The notes: generated by a model not told the origin, from the letters alone. Shown: positions 18,456 to 28,398, numbered from the stretch's first letter. The stretch is DNA of 64,000 nucleotides from Candidatus Thorarchaeota archaeon (GCA_048882045.1 JBHLRZ010000001.1:69693-133692), one strand, 5' to 3'. A program made the numbers and translations.

Positions 18456-19675
18456 GTCTCCGCGAAGTGTATGAGGACCTTCTTGACCCTCTCAAAGTCC
18501 TCTAAATGCATGAACTCATCAAGTCCATGATAGTTGTTGTCATCTCGTAGTGTGCCATAGCAGACTGTTGGAATCCCGTGGGATGTGAAATAGTGACCAT
18601 CATTCCCTCCGAGGTCCGCTGCGATGGTTATGTTTGGGTCATCAACCTCCTTGACCGCTTCGTGGAATGCAACGACATACTTATTCTTAGGATCAGAACC
18701 CCAGCCGGCATGTTTCGTTTTGAAATCAAGTGTGGCATCAACCCAAGTTTCTTCCTTTGCTTTCTCGAAGAATGCCTCTATGTCATTGGCAACTTCTTCG
18801 ACATCTTCCTCTGGGATGGTCCTGCAGTCAAAAGATATCTCAGCTTTTCCAGGGATTGTGTTAGTCTTACTTCCTGCATTATAGACGGTCATTGAGAATC
18901 GGCCCCAAAGGGTCTGGTGCGGGCTGCCAGGTGGTGCTGGTAGTTTGGACTCTACCTTTCTACGTACATCAATATAATCTAGCATGACCTGCATCAGAGG
19001 AATAGAGAGATGGATTGCGTTTGCAAACTTGAACGGATACCCAGCATGCCCCTGTGTGCCTCTAACGGTTATTGTACCTGCAATGACTCCACTTGCACCA
19101 TTACTAACATATTCGGGTCCAGAGTCAACAACTATTCCAAAATCACCACGGATCTTTGGAGGACCATTCATGAGATAATCAATTCCATTGACCCCTCCAA
19201 TCTCCTCATTTGGGCTAATTAGGATCTTCCAGTTGACCTTTGAGCTACCCTTTTTGATGAGTTCCTTTGCAGAACTGACAGCAGCAACAATGTTCCCTTT
19301 ATTGTCGCTGACACCTCGACCGTATGCTTTGTCTTTCTCTAGTGTAAGCTCGAAGGGGGGGTTCTTCCACTCATCCACTTCGCCTGCTGGAACGACATCG
19401 TAATGCGTGCAGAGAAGGACTGTTGTCTTTGCACCTACATCCATGTTAGCAACAATGTTCGGTTGTGGGATTCCATCATGTAATGAATCAAAGACCTCGA
19501 CTCTGAGACCAGCCTCCTCACAGTACTTCTTAATGATTTCAGCGCAGACTGCATAGTTCTTCTTTTCATCACTGTTTGTGTCAAGCTCGACTATTTCTGT
19601 GAGAAATTCAGTTTCCCATTTGTCCATCTCAATACATCTCCAACGGGGCATGTGTGTAGAGCTTACCTCACTCAT
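18446..19675 (-). CDS. M20 family metallopeptidase (ArgE/DapE-like deacylase)
   Basis: LLCTHYDVVPAG, GRGVSDNKGN metal-binding motifs. Confidence 0.8.
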   Translation of the reverse strand: MSEVSSTHMPRWRCIEMDKWETEFLTEIVELDTNSDEKKNYAVCAEIIKKYCEEAGLRVEVFDSLHDGIPQPNIVANMDVGAKTTVLLCTHYDVVPAGEVDEWKNPPFELTLEKDKAYGRGVSDNKGNIVAAVSSAKELIKKGSSKVNWKILISPNEEIGGVNGIDYLMNGPPKIRGDFGIVVDSGPEYVSNGASGVIAGTITVRGTQGHAGYPFKFANAIHLSIPLMQVMLDYIDVRRKVESKLPAPPGSPHQTLWGRFSMTVYNAGSKTNTIPGKAEISFDCRTIPEEDVEEVANDIEAFFEKAKEETWVDATLDFKTKHAGWGSDPKNKYVVAFHEAVKEVDDPNITIAADLGGNDGHYFTSHGIPTVCYGTLRDDNNYHGLDEFMHLEDFERVKKVLIHFAETCK

Positions 19676-19676
19676 A

Positions 19677-20480
19677 TTATTTCTGGCAGGTCTGGCAGTA
19701 GTTCGTTACGATGCGGTTTGACTTGACTTCAGAAACCCTACCACCGCAGAGAGGACACTGACTCCCTCCGCGATTATGGACCATCAGGAAGTCCCTCTTC
19801 TCTATAGCAATCTCGTCGAGCGACCTCTCCGATATGATATCACGAATTCGAGTGAGTACCTTTCGCATAGAGTGATAGAGCCTTTCTACTTCATCCTCAC
19901 TCAGTGACGAACGACTACGAAACGGGAGAATTCCAGCATAGAGTAGAATCTCGTCAGCGTACGCATTACCAATTCCTTTCACAAATCGTTGGTTTCGAAG
20001 GACATTCTTGATTTGACCATTATGGCGTTTGATTCGCGTCTTGAACGCTTCGACAGTCAGCTCTGGATCCAGTGCTGAGGGGCCGCGGTTTCTGAATCCT
20101 GCAACTTGAGAATATTCCCCCCTCGGAACAAGATAGATTCGTCCCATCTTCTTTCTATCAGAATACCACAGTGTTCCTTCACCAGTGTGGATTGAAACCA
20201 TGTCATAGCTTGTTGGATTCTTGTAACGAGGAATGACCCTGAATCTGCCTGTGAGCATGGGATTCACAACGAACTCATGATCATCCAGGGACAGAATCAG
20301 AAACTTGCCATCAGCTCTTGTTGAGCGAAACACCTGCCCTACAGCAAGTAATTCAAATTCGTCAATAGGTTGCCCATGGACAACTATGTGATTGTGGACT
20401 TTTGTCTTTTTCACAGTCTTTCCATTGAGTTCCTCGGTTAGCAACTCTGCAATAATCTCAAGTTCAGGAAGTTCAGGCAA
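19677..20480 (-). CDS. Formamidopyrimidine-DNA glycosylase / endonuclease VIII (Fpg/Nei family), probable TTG start
   Basis: PELPELE directly follows a TTG codon (Fpg needs an N-terminal Pro). C-terminal CPLCGG...CQTCQ zinc finger. The ORF track starts at an upstream ATG (20513). Confidence 0.75.
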   Translation of the reverse strand: MPELPELEIIAELLTEELNGKTVKKTKVHNHIVVHGQPIDEFELLAVGQVFRSTRADGKFLILSLDDHEFVVNPMLTGRFRVIPRYKNPTSYDMVSIHTGEGTLWYSDRKKMGRIYLVPRGEYSQVAGFRNRGPSALDPELTVEAFKTRIKRHNGQIKNVLRNQRFVKGIGNAYADEILLYAGILPFRSRSSLSEDEVERLYHSMRKVLTRIRDIISERSLDEIAIEKRDFLMVHNRGGSQCPLCGGRVSEVKSNRIVTNYCQTCQK

Positions 20481-20600
20481 ACTCTCACCAGTCCAATGAT
20501 ACCAATGCTTCAAATAGAATAAGACAGTTTTCCTCTTCTAAAACACAACGACCAAAAGGCACCGACGTGTCCAGAGTAATATCGATAGAGGTGTTGAAGA

Positions 20601-21263
20601 GTGAACCATCGCCTGAAAAATCTCGTTGTTGTGGTTCTGACATTCGTCATCACATTATCAGGCGGACTTCTTACAGAGTATGCAAGACAGTCAATGGTCT
20701 TTTCTTGGGCTATTAATGTCGGAAACGAGTTTGTCTATGATGTCACAGTCATTGGCAACCGAACAACAACGTCACAAGTTCTTCCACCCCCTTTTGAACC
20801 AATGAACAACACACGGATTATTGTTGAAATCACTTCACTTCCGAATCTGACTTTGATGTACTATTCCTTTATCTTTGTTCAAGAGGTCGTGAATTTTCTG
20901 AAGACATCCTCTCAGTTCGAGAATAGATCTCCCATTCCTCCTGAGCTGTACAACACAATAAACTCGCATGTGTCTATGAGCATGCTTCCCATCGGAGCAT
21001 GGGGTCATCTGGACTCACTATTTCCAGACCAGACTAATATCGAACTCTCCGACCACGAGTCATTCATCTCTCGATATGACAATGGCGTCTTCTTCTTTGG
21101 ACATTGGGAGAACCAAACAGGACCAAGACCAGAAGTGAATGAATGGCATGGAATCTATGATATTGAAACTGGAGTTCCTAGTCTTATTACCATCTCTGTA
21201 ATTTCAAGAGGAGCTCTTGTTTCTGATATCTATACTATTACGATGACCTTGGTCAGCCAATAA
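20601..21263 (+). CDS. Hypothetical secreted/membrane-anchored protein
   Basis: N-terminal TM/signal (LVVVVLTFVITLSGGLL), several N-x-T/S sequons, no recognised motif. Confidence 0.4.
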   Translation: MNHRLKNLVVVVLTFVITLSGGLLTEYARQSMVFSWAINVGNEFVYDVTVIGNRTTTSQVLPPPFEPMNNTRIIVEITSLPNLTLMYYSFIFVQEVVNFLKTSSQFENRSPIPPELYNTINSHVSMSMLPIGAWGHLDSLFPDQTNIELSDHESFISRYDNGVFFFGHWENQTGPRPEVNEWHGIYDIETGVPSLITISVISRGALVSDIYTITMTLVSQ

Positions 21264-21315
21264 TACCAATGACATTCGAGTATGACTTAAACAGGAAAAT
21301 GTACCAATACTGGAT

Positions 21316-21909
21316 ATGGAGCCGACAGTTTATCACATACAAAAAGGCCGCCTCGTGAAGATGAAAGATCCAGGTGCTTTCGGTCGTGGCGACTGCTATC
21401 TCGTAGATGCAGGCATGAAGATCTATCTATGGATTGGTCCAAACTCTAGTGTTGACGAGAAGTTCCTCACTGCTGCTTCTGCAGTCATGAGAGACACCGC
21501 GCGAGAAGGCAAAGCTGACATCGATAGAATCGAGGGAGGAAATGAGCCAGAAGAGTTCAAGGCACTCTTTGATGACTTCAGTCTTACTGATGAAGACACA
21601 GAGGGCATTCTCAAGAAGGTTCAGTTAGAAACACGTGAACACAAACTTTGGCGCGTGCATCGTGAGGCGGATGAAACATTCTTCAAAGAGGTTGATCTTG
21701 ACAGAGCTTCACTGAAGAGTGACGACGTCTTCATACTCGACACGTTTGACGACATCTATGTTTGGCGAGGTAAGGATGCCACTGCACGAGAGAAGTTTGA
21801 TGCAACCATCCTTGCAAGGAGATATGATGCAGAACGTGTGGGGGTTCAGGAAATCGAACTGATTGAGGAAGGAAGCGAACCAGACGAGTTCTTCAAATCT
21901 TTCCCATGA
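21316..21909 (+). CDS. Two-domain gelsolin (2DGel-type actin-regulating protein)
   Basis: Two gelsolin-like repeats (DCYLVDAG-KIYLWIGPNSS...EF and DVFILDTFDDIYVWRGKDA...EF), 197 aa. Matches the Asgard gelsolin architecture. Confidence 0.8.
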   Translation: MEPTVYHIQKGRLVKMKDPGAFGRGDCYLVDAGMKIYLWIGPNSSVDEKFLTAASAVMRDTAREGKADIDRIEGGNEPEEFKALFDDFSLTDEDTEGILKKVQLETREHKLWRVHREADETFFKEVDLDRASLKSDDVFILDTFDDIYVWRGKDATAREKFDATILARRYDAERVGVQEIELIEEGSEPDEFFKSFP

Positions 21910-21910
21910 A

Positions 21911-23353
21911 TTATACTAACCTGTAGTGACCCGGACGAGGTTCATAGAGGACTCCACTGTCCTTCATCCGAGTCAGGGTCTCTGCAGCAACATGACGTTC
22001 GACTCCAGCCTCCTGAGTAATCTCATCTAGAGTGGGACCTAGAGATCCCTTCTTTCCGGTGTCGAGGGTTCTTATTGCTTTCAATACCTTTGTATTGAAC
22101 CTATCAAACCTGCTGCCCTTGCCCCAGTCCGTCTCTACTCCTTCTTTTAGTTCTGTGAGTTCGATGAACTCCTTTAATGCAGGTTCTAGGATTCGATTCC
22201 ATGAGGTCTTGAGGTCCTTGGCAGTGACCTTGTCTTTCCAAAATGCTCTTGCGGTTGATCGAGCCAATCTGAGTGCACTCAAGGGTCGCCCCAGTGCGTC
22301 TGCATCAAGGAGGCTGCCCCGTGCCATTACACCCTCCTCAAGACCAAAGCTCTCCCTTAGTGTATCCAAGCGTGAGAGGACATATTCAGTCCCTGAATCG
22401 ATTGTACGCTTCGAAACCTCTGGTGTGAGTAGTTGGAATGTTATGGCCGATTTCAAGATAGGTAGTCGTAGTTCCGATGGATTTCCAGTTTCAACCCAGA
22501 AGTCTTCTGATGCAAGTGCGATTGGTACATCAGGAAGTGAAGCTGTCTGTGACCCTGTGAGTGTTCCCATAGAAACCTCTCTGAATCCTGATGGGTCTAT
22601 TCGATAGACACACAACTGTTCCATCCTCTTCTTCGAGTAGGATCCGATGTCAAAACGTAAGAGCTTGGGAGCCTTGACTCTAACACTCCGAATGCTTCTG
22701 AATGCTGAAGGTCGTCCCTTCATAGAGGGAGGGAGGACATTTCTAATAAAGGACAAAAAACGTCGCACCTTTGTTTGAGATGCAATAGCCTGGATTCCTG
22801 TTGTAAGTCCCCCAATGCTATCCTCATATGGAGGACTTGAAACGAAGAGACGTGCGAACACCCTTTTGCTTGCTTCAGCCATACCTACATGCTCAAAGAG
22901 AAGATTGGAGATATCCTTCAGGGAGGAGGGAGGCTGAATGTTTGTAAGAAAGTCGATGGAGAGAGGCTCGTAGGAATCTGCAGCGATTGCACGTGTGATT
23001 GTTTGAGAACTCATGAGAGGTTCAGGTGCAACAACTCTCTTCCCAGTCACTTCAATGAAAGCACCATCAGGTGGAAGTGGTTTATCTTCTGGGAATAGAA
23101 TGAACTCACCCTCAAGAAGCCACTGACTGGGGGTGAGCAGTATCATCGACTTGTCCCTTGTGTGATGGACAAATCCACTGTATCGATATAGCTGTCTTGA
23201 AACTCGCTCGCTGAAGTCCTGTAGCAAGCGTGACTCCCATTGTGTGAGTTCGGTTCCAAACTGCCTGCTGTAGAGGTCACTCACACTGACTGCGTCTGCG
23301 AGTCTATCGTGCTTAGAGCCTAATCTTTCAAACAGGTCCTCATACACATCCAT
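21911..23353 (-). CDS. Hypothetical 480-aa protein with C-terminal wHTH; candidate partner of adjacent DNA methyltransferase
   Basis: No recognisable catalytic motif. C-terminal TLDEITQEAGVERHVAAETLTRMKDSGVLY resembles a wHTH. Its stop abuts the methyltransferase start (23353/23354). Confidence 0.45.
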   Translation of the reverse strand: MDVYEDLFERLGSKHDRLADAVSVSDLYSRQFGTELTQWESRLLQDFSERVSRQLYRYSGFVHHTRDKSMILLTPSQWLLEGEFILFPEDKPLPPDGAFIEVTGKRVVAPEPLMSSQTITRAIAADSYEPLSIDFLTNIQPPSSLKDISNLLFEHVGMAEASKRVFARLFVSSPPYEDSIGGLTTGIQAIASQTKVRRFLSFIRNVLPPSMKGRPSAFRSIRSVRVKAPKLLRFDIGSYSKKRMEQLCVYRIDPSGFREVSMGTLTGSQTASLPDVPIALASEDFWVETGNPSELRLPILKSAITFQLLTPEVSKRTIDSGTEYVLSRLDTLRESFGLEEGVMARGSLLDADALGRPLSALRLARSTARAFWKDKVTAKDLKTSWNRILEPALKEFIELTELKEGVETDWGKGSRFDRFNTKVLKAIRTLDTGKKGSLGPTLDEITQEAGVERHVAAETLTRMKDSGVLYEPRPGHYRLV

Positions 23354-24325
23354 CTAACTTTCACCCTCCCTTCGTAGATATTCACGATATGCTTTTGGAT
23401 AAAGTTCGGAGAGTTCCTCAATAGTTGGCAACCGTTCACTATATGGAATGTATGACTGACCAAGCTCAACCTTCGATATTTCGTCTTCAAGTAGAGGTCT
23501 GAGCTGTTCATTAGTTTCAAATCCAATGAAGTGTCTGAAGTTGGCTTTTGCAGCAACCGCAGTAGTACCATTTCCCATGAATGGATCTAGAATGATTTCA
23601 CCTGGTTTTGACGAGAAGTCCACGCATCTTGAAACTACCGCGAGAGGAAGTGTCGTTGCGTTCTTGGTCTGACCAGTACGGTACTTTCGCTTGAACAACC
23701 AAACGTCTTCTGGATAGTTCTCAATCTTATTGAAGAAGTACTTTTTCGGGTTCTTGACGAAAACTAGGATATGGTAGTGGCTGGAAACGAATCGTTTCTT
23801 CGTATATACTCCGAAGGGATAGTGCCAAATCAGATGGTTGAGTGTGACTAATCCAGCTTTACGAGCACCACTCAAAACAGATTCGAGATTGGTCCAACCA
23901 CTGAATACGTAGGCTGTTGATGTTGGTTTCATTATACGAGGAAGTTCTGCAAGCCATGCATCAGTGAATGCATGATACTCTTTCACTTCTTCATATCCTG
24001 TAACAACTAGGTTCTCATCCCGGTTATACACACTGCTCTTCCCATCAAAGTCAATTCCAAAGGGTGGATCCGCAATGACAAGATCGATAGAACGGGGAGG
24101 CAGTTTTTTCATTCCTTGAACACAGTCTTCGTATAGGATTGTGTCTAGATCCATACCCTCAAGGAACTCAGTCTTTGCAAACAGCTTCGATGCCTGATTA
24201 TGACTCCAGTCATAGGTAGGTCTGAAATAGAACTCTGCAAGATTTGGTATATACCGTTTGCTTTGTTCCTTATCTGATTGGACTTTTTTAGACGGAGTCA
24301 TGTGTGAGTTCACAGTCAGATGCAT
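23354..24325 (-). CDS. DNA methyltransferase, beta class (N4-cytosine or N6-adenine)
   Basis: Motif IV DLVIADPPFG precedes motif I FMGNGTTAVAA, the beta-group order. 323 aa. Confidence 0.8.
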   Translation of the reverse strand: MHLTVNSHMTPSKKVQSDKEQSKRYIPNLAEFYFRPTYDWSHNQASKLFAKTEFLEGMDLDTILYEDCVQGMKKLPPRSIDLVIADPPFGIDFDGKSSVYNRDENLVVTGYEEVKEYHAFTDAWLAELPRIMKPTSTAYVFSGWTNLESVLSGARKAGLVTLNHLIWHYPFGVYTKKRFVSSHYHILVFVKNPKKYFFNKIENYPEDVWLFKRKYRTGQTKNATTLPLAVVSRCVDFSSKPGEIILDPFMGNGTTAVAAKANFRHFIGFETNEQLRPLLEDEISKVELGQSYIPYSERLPTIEELSELYPKAYREYLRREGES

Positions 24326-24371
24326 GATGGTTATTCTTAAGCCTAGTCATACTTTGAAGGACTAGCTTATT

Positions 24372-25469
24372 CTACATGAGGTCTGAGGGATCGACACCAC
24401 GAGACATTGCACGTTGTGTCATCCAGGCTAGCTGATTCGTAGGTTGCTCTGGTTTGTTTGGAGTTTCAACCCGCTTAATCTTGAGTGCGTCTTCAGGACA
24501 TACGACTGCACAGACCCCACATCCAATGCATCGCTTAGGATCTACAACACAGATATCTTCAGGCACACTGAGTGCTCCAAACTGACAGCGATCAATACAG
24601 TTCTCGCATCCTGTGCAGAGGTCAGCATTTACAGTCATCAAGAAATCGGTTTTGATATATTCACGGGGCTCAGCGACCTTATCTACTCCTCTGAGTACAC
24701 CGCAGCAACACGTGCAGCAGTTGCAGATGAATGTATGACCAGACTGTACGTTGTATGTGCAATGAATTAATCCTGCGTCTTCAGCTTCTTTGAGAAGTCT
24801 GAGTGATTCCTCTTTCGTGATGGGTTTTGTGAGAGGGTCGTTATCAAATGCATTCTCCTTGTTTGGAGCAAATGGGAGACAGACCGATAGCGGATAATCA
24901 CAACCTTCGTCAATGAGTGTTTTCTGTTTTCTACAGATACACTCACGAACTCCCCAAGAAGCGGCAGACTCGATTAATTGTTCGGCCTGTTGAAAACTGT
25001 GAATCTCGAGCTCTGTACTCACAGCCTGATTGACTGGTATCACCTGAAAGATGACTGGCTCACTCGTTGTGATCTTCTTGAATCCAGTGACATTTTGAAA
25101 ATACTGTTCTAGGATTTGAGCGAACTCTGCGTCCATCCGGCCCAGTTGTTCCTCATAGATGCCAACTGCAAAAGGCAACAGACCATATTTCCTAGCTCCC
25201 GCACTCTTTGACATCCAAGAGCTGATCTGACCCTTCTCGTGCATTGTTTCTAGAAGTGATTCTAGCTCTTCCTTTGAGCGATTCAATCGCATACTTACTT
25301 CATCTATAGTTTCACCAGTAAGCTTCAGTTGACTAGCAAGCTCAGCCTCTTCTGGTTCGAATATCCACTCGAGTAACTTAAGATGTGAACCATCATCAAC
25401 TGGTGGAAATCCATTCGGAATAGTATCGAGAACTTGAGCAAGTCTTTCGTATGGATTCATAGCAATCAC
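24372..25469 (-). CDS. 4Fe-4S dicluster-domain protein with additional Cys-rich region, hypothetical
   Basis: C-terminal CTGCENCIDRC...CIGCGVCAVVCP ferredoxin motifs, plus an upstream ECICRKQ...CNCCTCCCG cluster. Confidence 0.5.
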   Translation of the reverse strand: MIAMNPYERLAQVLDTIPNGFPPVDDGSHLKLLEWIFEPEEAELASQLKLTGETIDEVSMRLNRSKEELESLLETMHEKGQISSWMSKSAGARKYGLLPFAVGIYEEQLGRMDAEFAQILEQYFQNVTGFKKITTSEPVIFQVIPVNQAVSTELEIHSFQQAEQLIESAASWGVRECICRKQKTLIDEGCDYPLSVCLPFAPNKENAFDNDPLTKPITKEESLRLLKEAEDAGLIHCTYNVQSGHTFICNCCTCCCGVLRGVDKVAEPREYIKTDFLMTVNADLCTGCENCIDRCQFGALSVPEDICVVDPKRCIGCGVCAVVCPEDALKIKRVETPNKPEQPTNQLAWMTQRAMSRGVDPSDLM

Positions 25470-25510
25470 AACTAAGTTTTCCTATGCAGAGCTATACATA
25501 ACACTTCTGT

Positions 25511-26854
25511 TTATTCAGGACAATTCAGTGTGATGCCCAATGGGCTAAGCTCCTCATTCACTTTCGACGTTATGACCTCACAATCTTGTCCTTTTCCAAT
25601 CAGGATATGAGTAAGTGACTGTTGAAATGGAGGAAGGAATGGCAGATTACTTGCTTCTAGGATTGAGTTATAGGCTTCTTTGACCTTGGGTACTTTGAGA
25701 TAATTCTCTAGCTCAGTAAGACTCGTCTTTGTGTCAAGGAGCATCTGACTAATCTTCTTTAGAAATGCAGGTTTTGGCACATTGACTGATGGACCAAAAA
25801 GTCCTTCAACATTCTCTTCAAACCAATTTTGCATCCGATCTATATCATAGACTGGTAAGACAATAGGAGATTCGCCCTCTGTTTCGGGAGCGATAATTCT
25901 AATCATCCCGCGTTTTTCTGCTGACAGTACGAAGTCTGAGAATCTTCTATACCCTAGTTTTTCAGTTTCAAGACCAAGTTCACGGATAGTAATACCGATA
26001 TCCCTCAGTGTATATGGCCTGCCCTCGTTGAGTCCGTCTTCTGCTACTTTAGCGAGAAATGCAAAAGCTTCATTGACCTCCTCTGATATCTTAACTGATT
26101 GCGGTGGAAGTTTCAATGGGAGCACCAGAATGGTTGCAGGGAGGTCTCCTTCAAGTTTGACATATCCTTGTGCTTCCGACCATTCGAGGAAGTCATGCCA
26201 ATGGTCAAAGCCCATCTCCTTCTCACTAAATTCTGGGTTTAGTGATGTCATAACATGTTTTGCATGTCCCACACCAGGTTTACTCCCAGTCTTTGCAATC
26301 AGTCTGATGACTTCTTGTAGTTGAACTGCAGCAAGATGTCGCAACTGAACAATGCTTTGGACAGACTCTTCGCAGTCCTCTGGGTGAACACAATCCAATG
26401 CTGGTCGGAATGAAAAGATATCACTGTAAATTGTGGCCAAATCAGGTAGTTCTGATGCAGTGATGATAGGATTACTGATGAGCCACAGTTCGACTCCATG
26501 CTCTTTGAGAGCTCCTGCAATAAGCTTGAAGTCACCATCGCCTGTAATCATCACGTATCTAGTGGTTTCTGGATAGTGCTTCAGATGATCCAGAATATAT
26601 GCAGCCATCTTGTAATCGCTTGCATTGTCTTTGACATCAGGTACATGAATCAGGTCATATCCGATAGAGTATAGTTCCTCAGCCATCTGCCTTCGCAAGT
26701 CCCAATCAGCAAATGCATACATCTTGACGATAGTCCCAGCCTGTCGAATGTGATTGGTCATAGAAAGATGTGTTGCTGACTCATCAGAAACATTCTCGAC
26801 ATCCCAAAAGACAGCCATGTGTTGAGGGGTCTCCGTGGAGGTCATGTTACTCAC
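25511..26854 (-). CDS. NYN-domain ribonuclease with OST-HTH/LOTUS domains (MARF1-like architecture)
   Basis: N-terminal VFWDVENV and ITGDGDF (NYN/LabA signature), followed by two or three ~70-aa helical modules with LOTUS-like GYRRFSDFV motifs. Confidence 0.6.
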   Translation of the reverse strand: MSNMTSTETPQHMAVFWDVENVSDESATHLSMTNHIRQAGTIVKMYAFADWDLRRQMAEELYSIGYDLIHVPDVKDNASDYKMAAYILDHLKHYPETTRYVMITGDGDFKLIAGALKEHGVELWLISNPIITASELPDLATIYSDIFSFRPALDCVHPEDCEESVQSIVQLRHLAAVQLQEVIRLIAKTGSKPGVGHAKHVMTSLNPEFSEKEMGFDHWHDFLEWSEAQGYVKLEGDLPATILVLPLKLPPQSVKISEEVNEAFAFLAKVAEDGLNEGRPYTLRDIGITIRELGLETEKLGYRRFSDFVLSAEKRGMIRIIAPETEGESPIVLPVYDIDRMQNWFEENVEGLFGPSVNVPKPAFLKKISQMLLDTKTSLTELENYLKVPKVKEAYNSILEASNLPFLPPFQQSLTHILIGKGQDCEVITSKVNEELSPLGITLNCPE

Positions 26855-26989
26855 ATTCCATTCAGTTATGGTGGTGGAAGCGCCTATATATGAGCCTGCT
26901 GCACCTCATAGGATTTCCAAAAGGCACATCGGAAATGCTATTTAGAGGATTAAAAGTGAGCGGACCAATCTATGACCAGGTGATATTTT

Positions 26990-28396
26990 TTGACTTCTAA
27001 AAAGAGGGATTCAAGCCACCCAGACATTCTTAGGATGACGAAGAGAGCATACCGTGAGTTACTCGCGCTCCTCCCAGAGGGAATAGGTATCACTGACCTT
27101 GATGAGAACCTTGTTTTTGTGAACGATGCATTTGCCAAGATGTTGGAATATGACTTAGAGGAACTCCAGGGGAAGAATGTGGCAGATTTAATCCCAGACG
27201 AGTATCAGGACACTCTTCGTAATGCCACAGCCAGTAGATTGGAAGGCATTTCGTCAGCCTACGAGATAGGAATGATACGAAAGGGCAATGAACAGATTAT
27301 GGTTCGTGTTTCAGCGGTTCCAAGACGTGATGAGGAAAACAATGTCATAGGAGCTATTGCAGTGGTCATTGATATTACAAAAGAACATTTTGTTGAAGAT
27401 GAACTTCGTAAGCTTTCACGCGCTGTTGAGCAGAGTCCAACCTCAGTAGTCATAACAGATGCTGAGGCCAATATAGAATATGTCAATCCAACTTTTACTA
27501 TTCTTACAGGTTATTCCCTTGATGAAACTCTGGGTGTGAATTCGAGGATTCTGAAATCAGGTCTAACACCTGAGGAAACCTATACAGAGTTATGGAAAAC
27601 ATTGAAAGAAGGTCTTGCGTGGAGGGGGCATTTTGTCAATAAAAAGAAGAATGGTGAACTCTATTGGGAAGATGCTTGGATATCACCCATATTCAGTCCT
27701 GATGGACACATATCTCACTATGTGGCTGTCAAAGAAGATATCACTCAACGGATAATCACCGAGCAGAGGATTGCACAATCACACAGAGATCTGGAACTTT
27801 ATGCATCCTTTTTGCAACATGATATTAGAAATGACCTTCAAATCATAATGAACCATATTGAAGCAGCGAAGCTCCTAGTGAACGGACAAAGTCCAACAAA
27901 TCAGTACCTCGATATAGCTGAGGCTGCATCAGAGAGAATGGTCCATCTTCTCGATATCTTTGGAAGACCAGGTGCAGCAGATGATAGAAACCTCTTGAAG
28001 ATACTTGAGAAGACGAAGGAACAAGCAGAAAAGACTCACTCAAACCTGAGTGTCAACATAACCTCAACAACGGAGGAAACCGAACTTAGGAGTGCTCGTT
28101 TGCTTCCGATTGTTTTTGACAACTTACTACGTAACTCTGCGGAATATTCCAAAGGACACGTAAAGGTTTCAATCGAAATTTCACGGGAAAATGAGAGTAT
28201 TCACATAATTCTTAGTGATGACGGACCAGGCATAGACCACGACATTCGGAAAATCCTTTTCCAGAAAGGGACATCTACGACTGGGGGAGGATATGGGCTA
28301 TACCTGTGTAGGAAAGTGATTGAGGGGTATGGAGGATCGATTGAACTCATCCCACAAGACATTGGAACAGCATATCAAATCATTCTACCTACTTGA
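26990..28396 (+). CDS. PAS-domain sensor histidine kinase
   Basis: Two PAS modules, H-box HDIRNDLQI, HATPase G-boxes (DDGPGI, GGYGLYLCRKV). Confidence 0.85.
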   Translation: MTSKKRDSSHPDILRMTKRAYRELLALLPEGIGITDLDENLVFVNDAFAKMLEYDLEELQGKNVADLIPDEYQDTLRNATASRLEGISSAYEIGMIRKGNEQIMVRVSAVPRRDEENNVIGAIAVVIDITKEHFVEDELRKLSRAVEQSPTSVVITDAEANIEYVNPTFTILTGYSLDETLGVNSRILKSGLTPEETYTELWKTLKEGLAWRGHFVNKKKNGELYWEDAWISPIFSPDGHISHYVAVKEDITQRIITEQRIAQSHRDLELYASFLQHDIRNDLQIIMNHIEAAKLLVNGQSPTNQYLDIAEAASERMVHLLDIFGRPGAADDRNLLKILEKTKEQAEKTHSNLSVNITSTTEETELRSARLLPIVFDNLLRNSAEYSKGHVKVSIEISRENESIHIILSDDGPGIDHDIRKILFQKGTSTTGGGYGLYLCRKVIEGYGGSIELIPQDIGTAYQIILPT

Positions 28397-28398
28397 AA

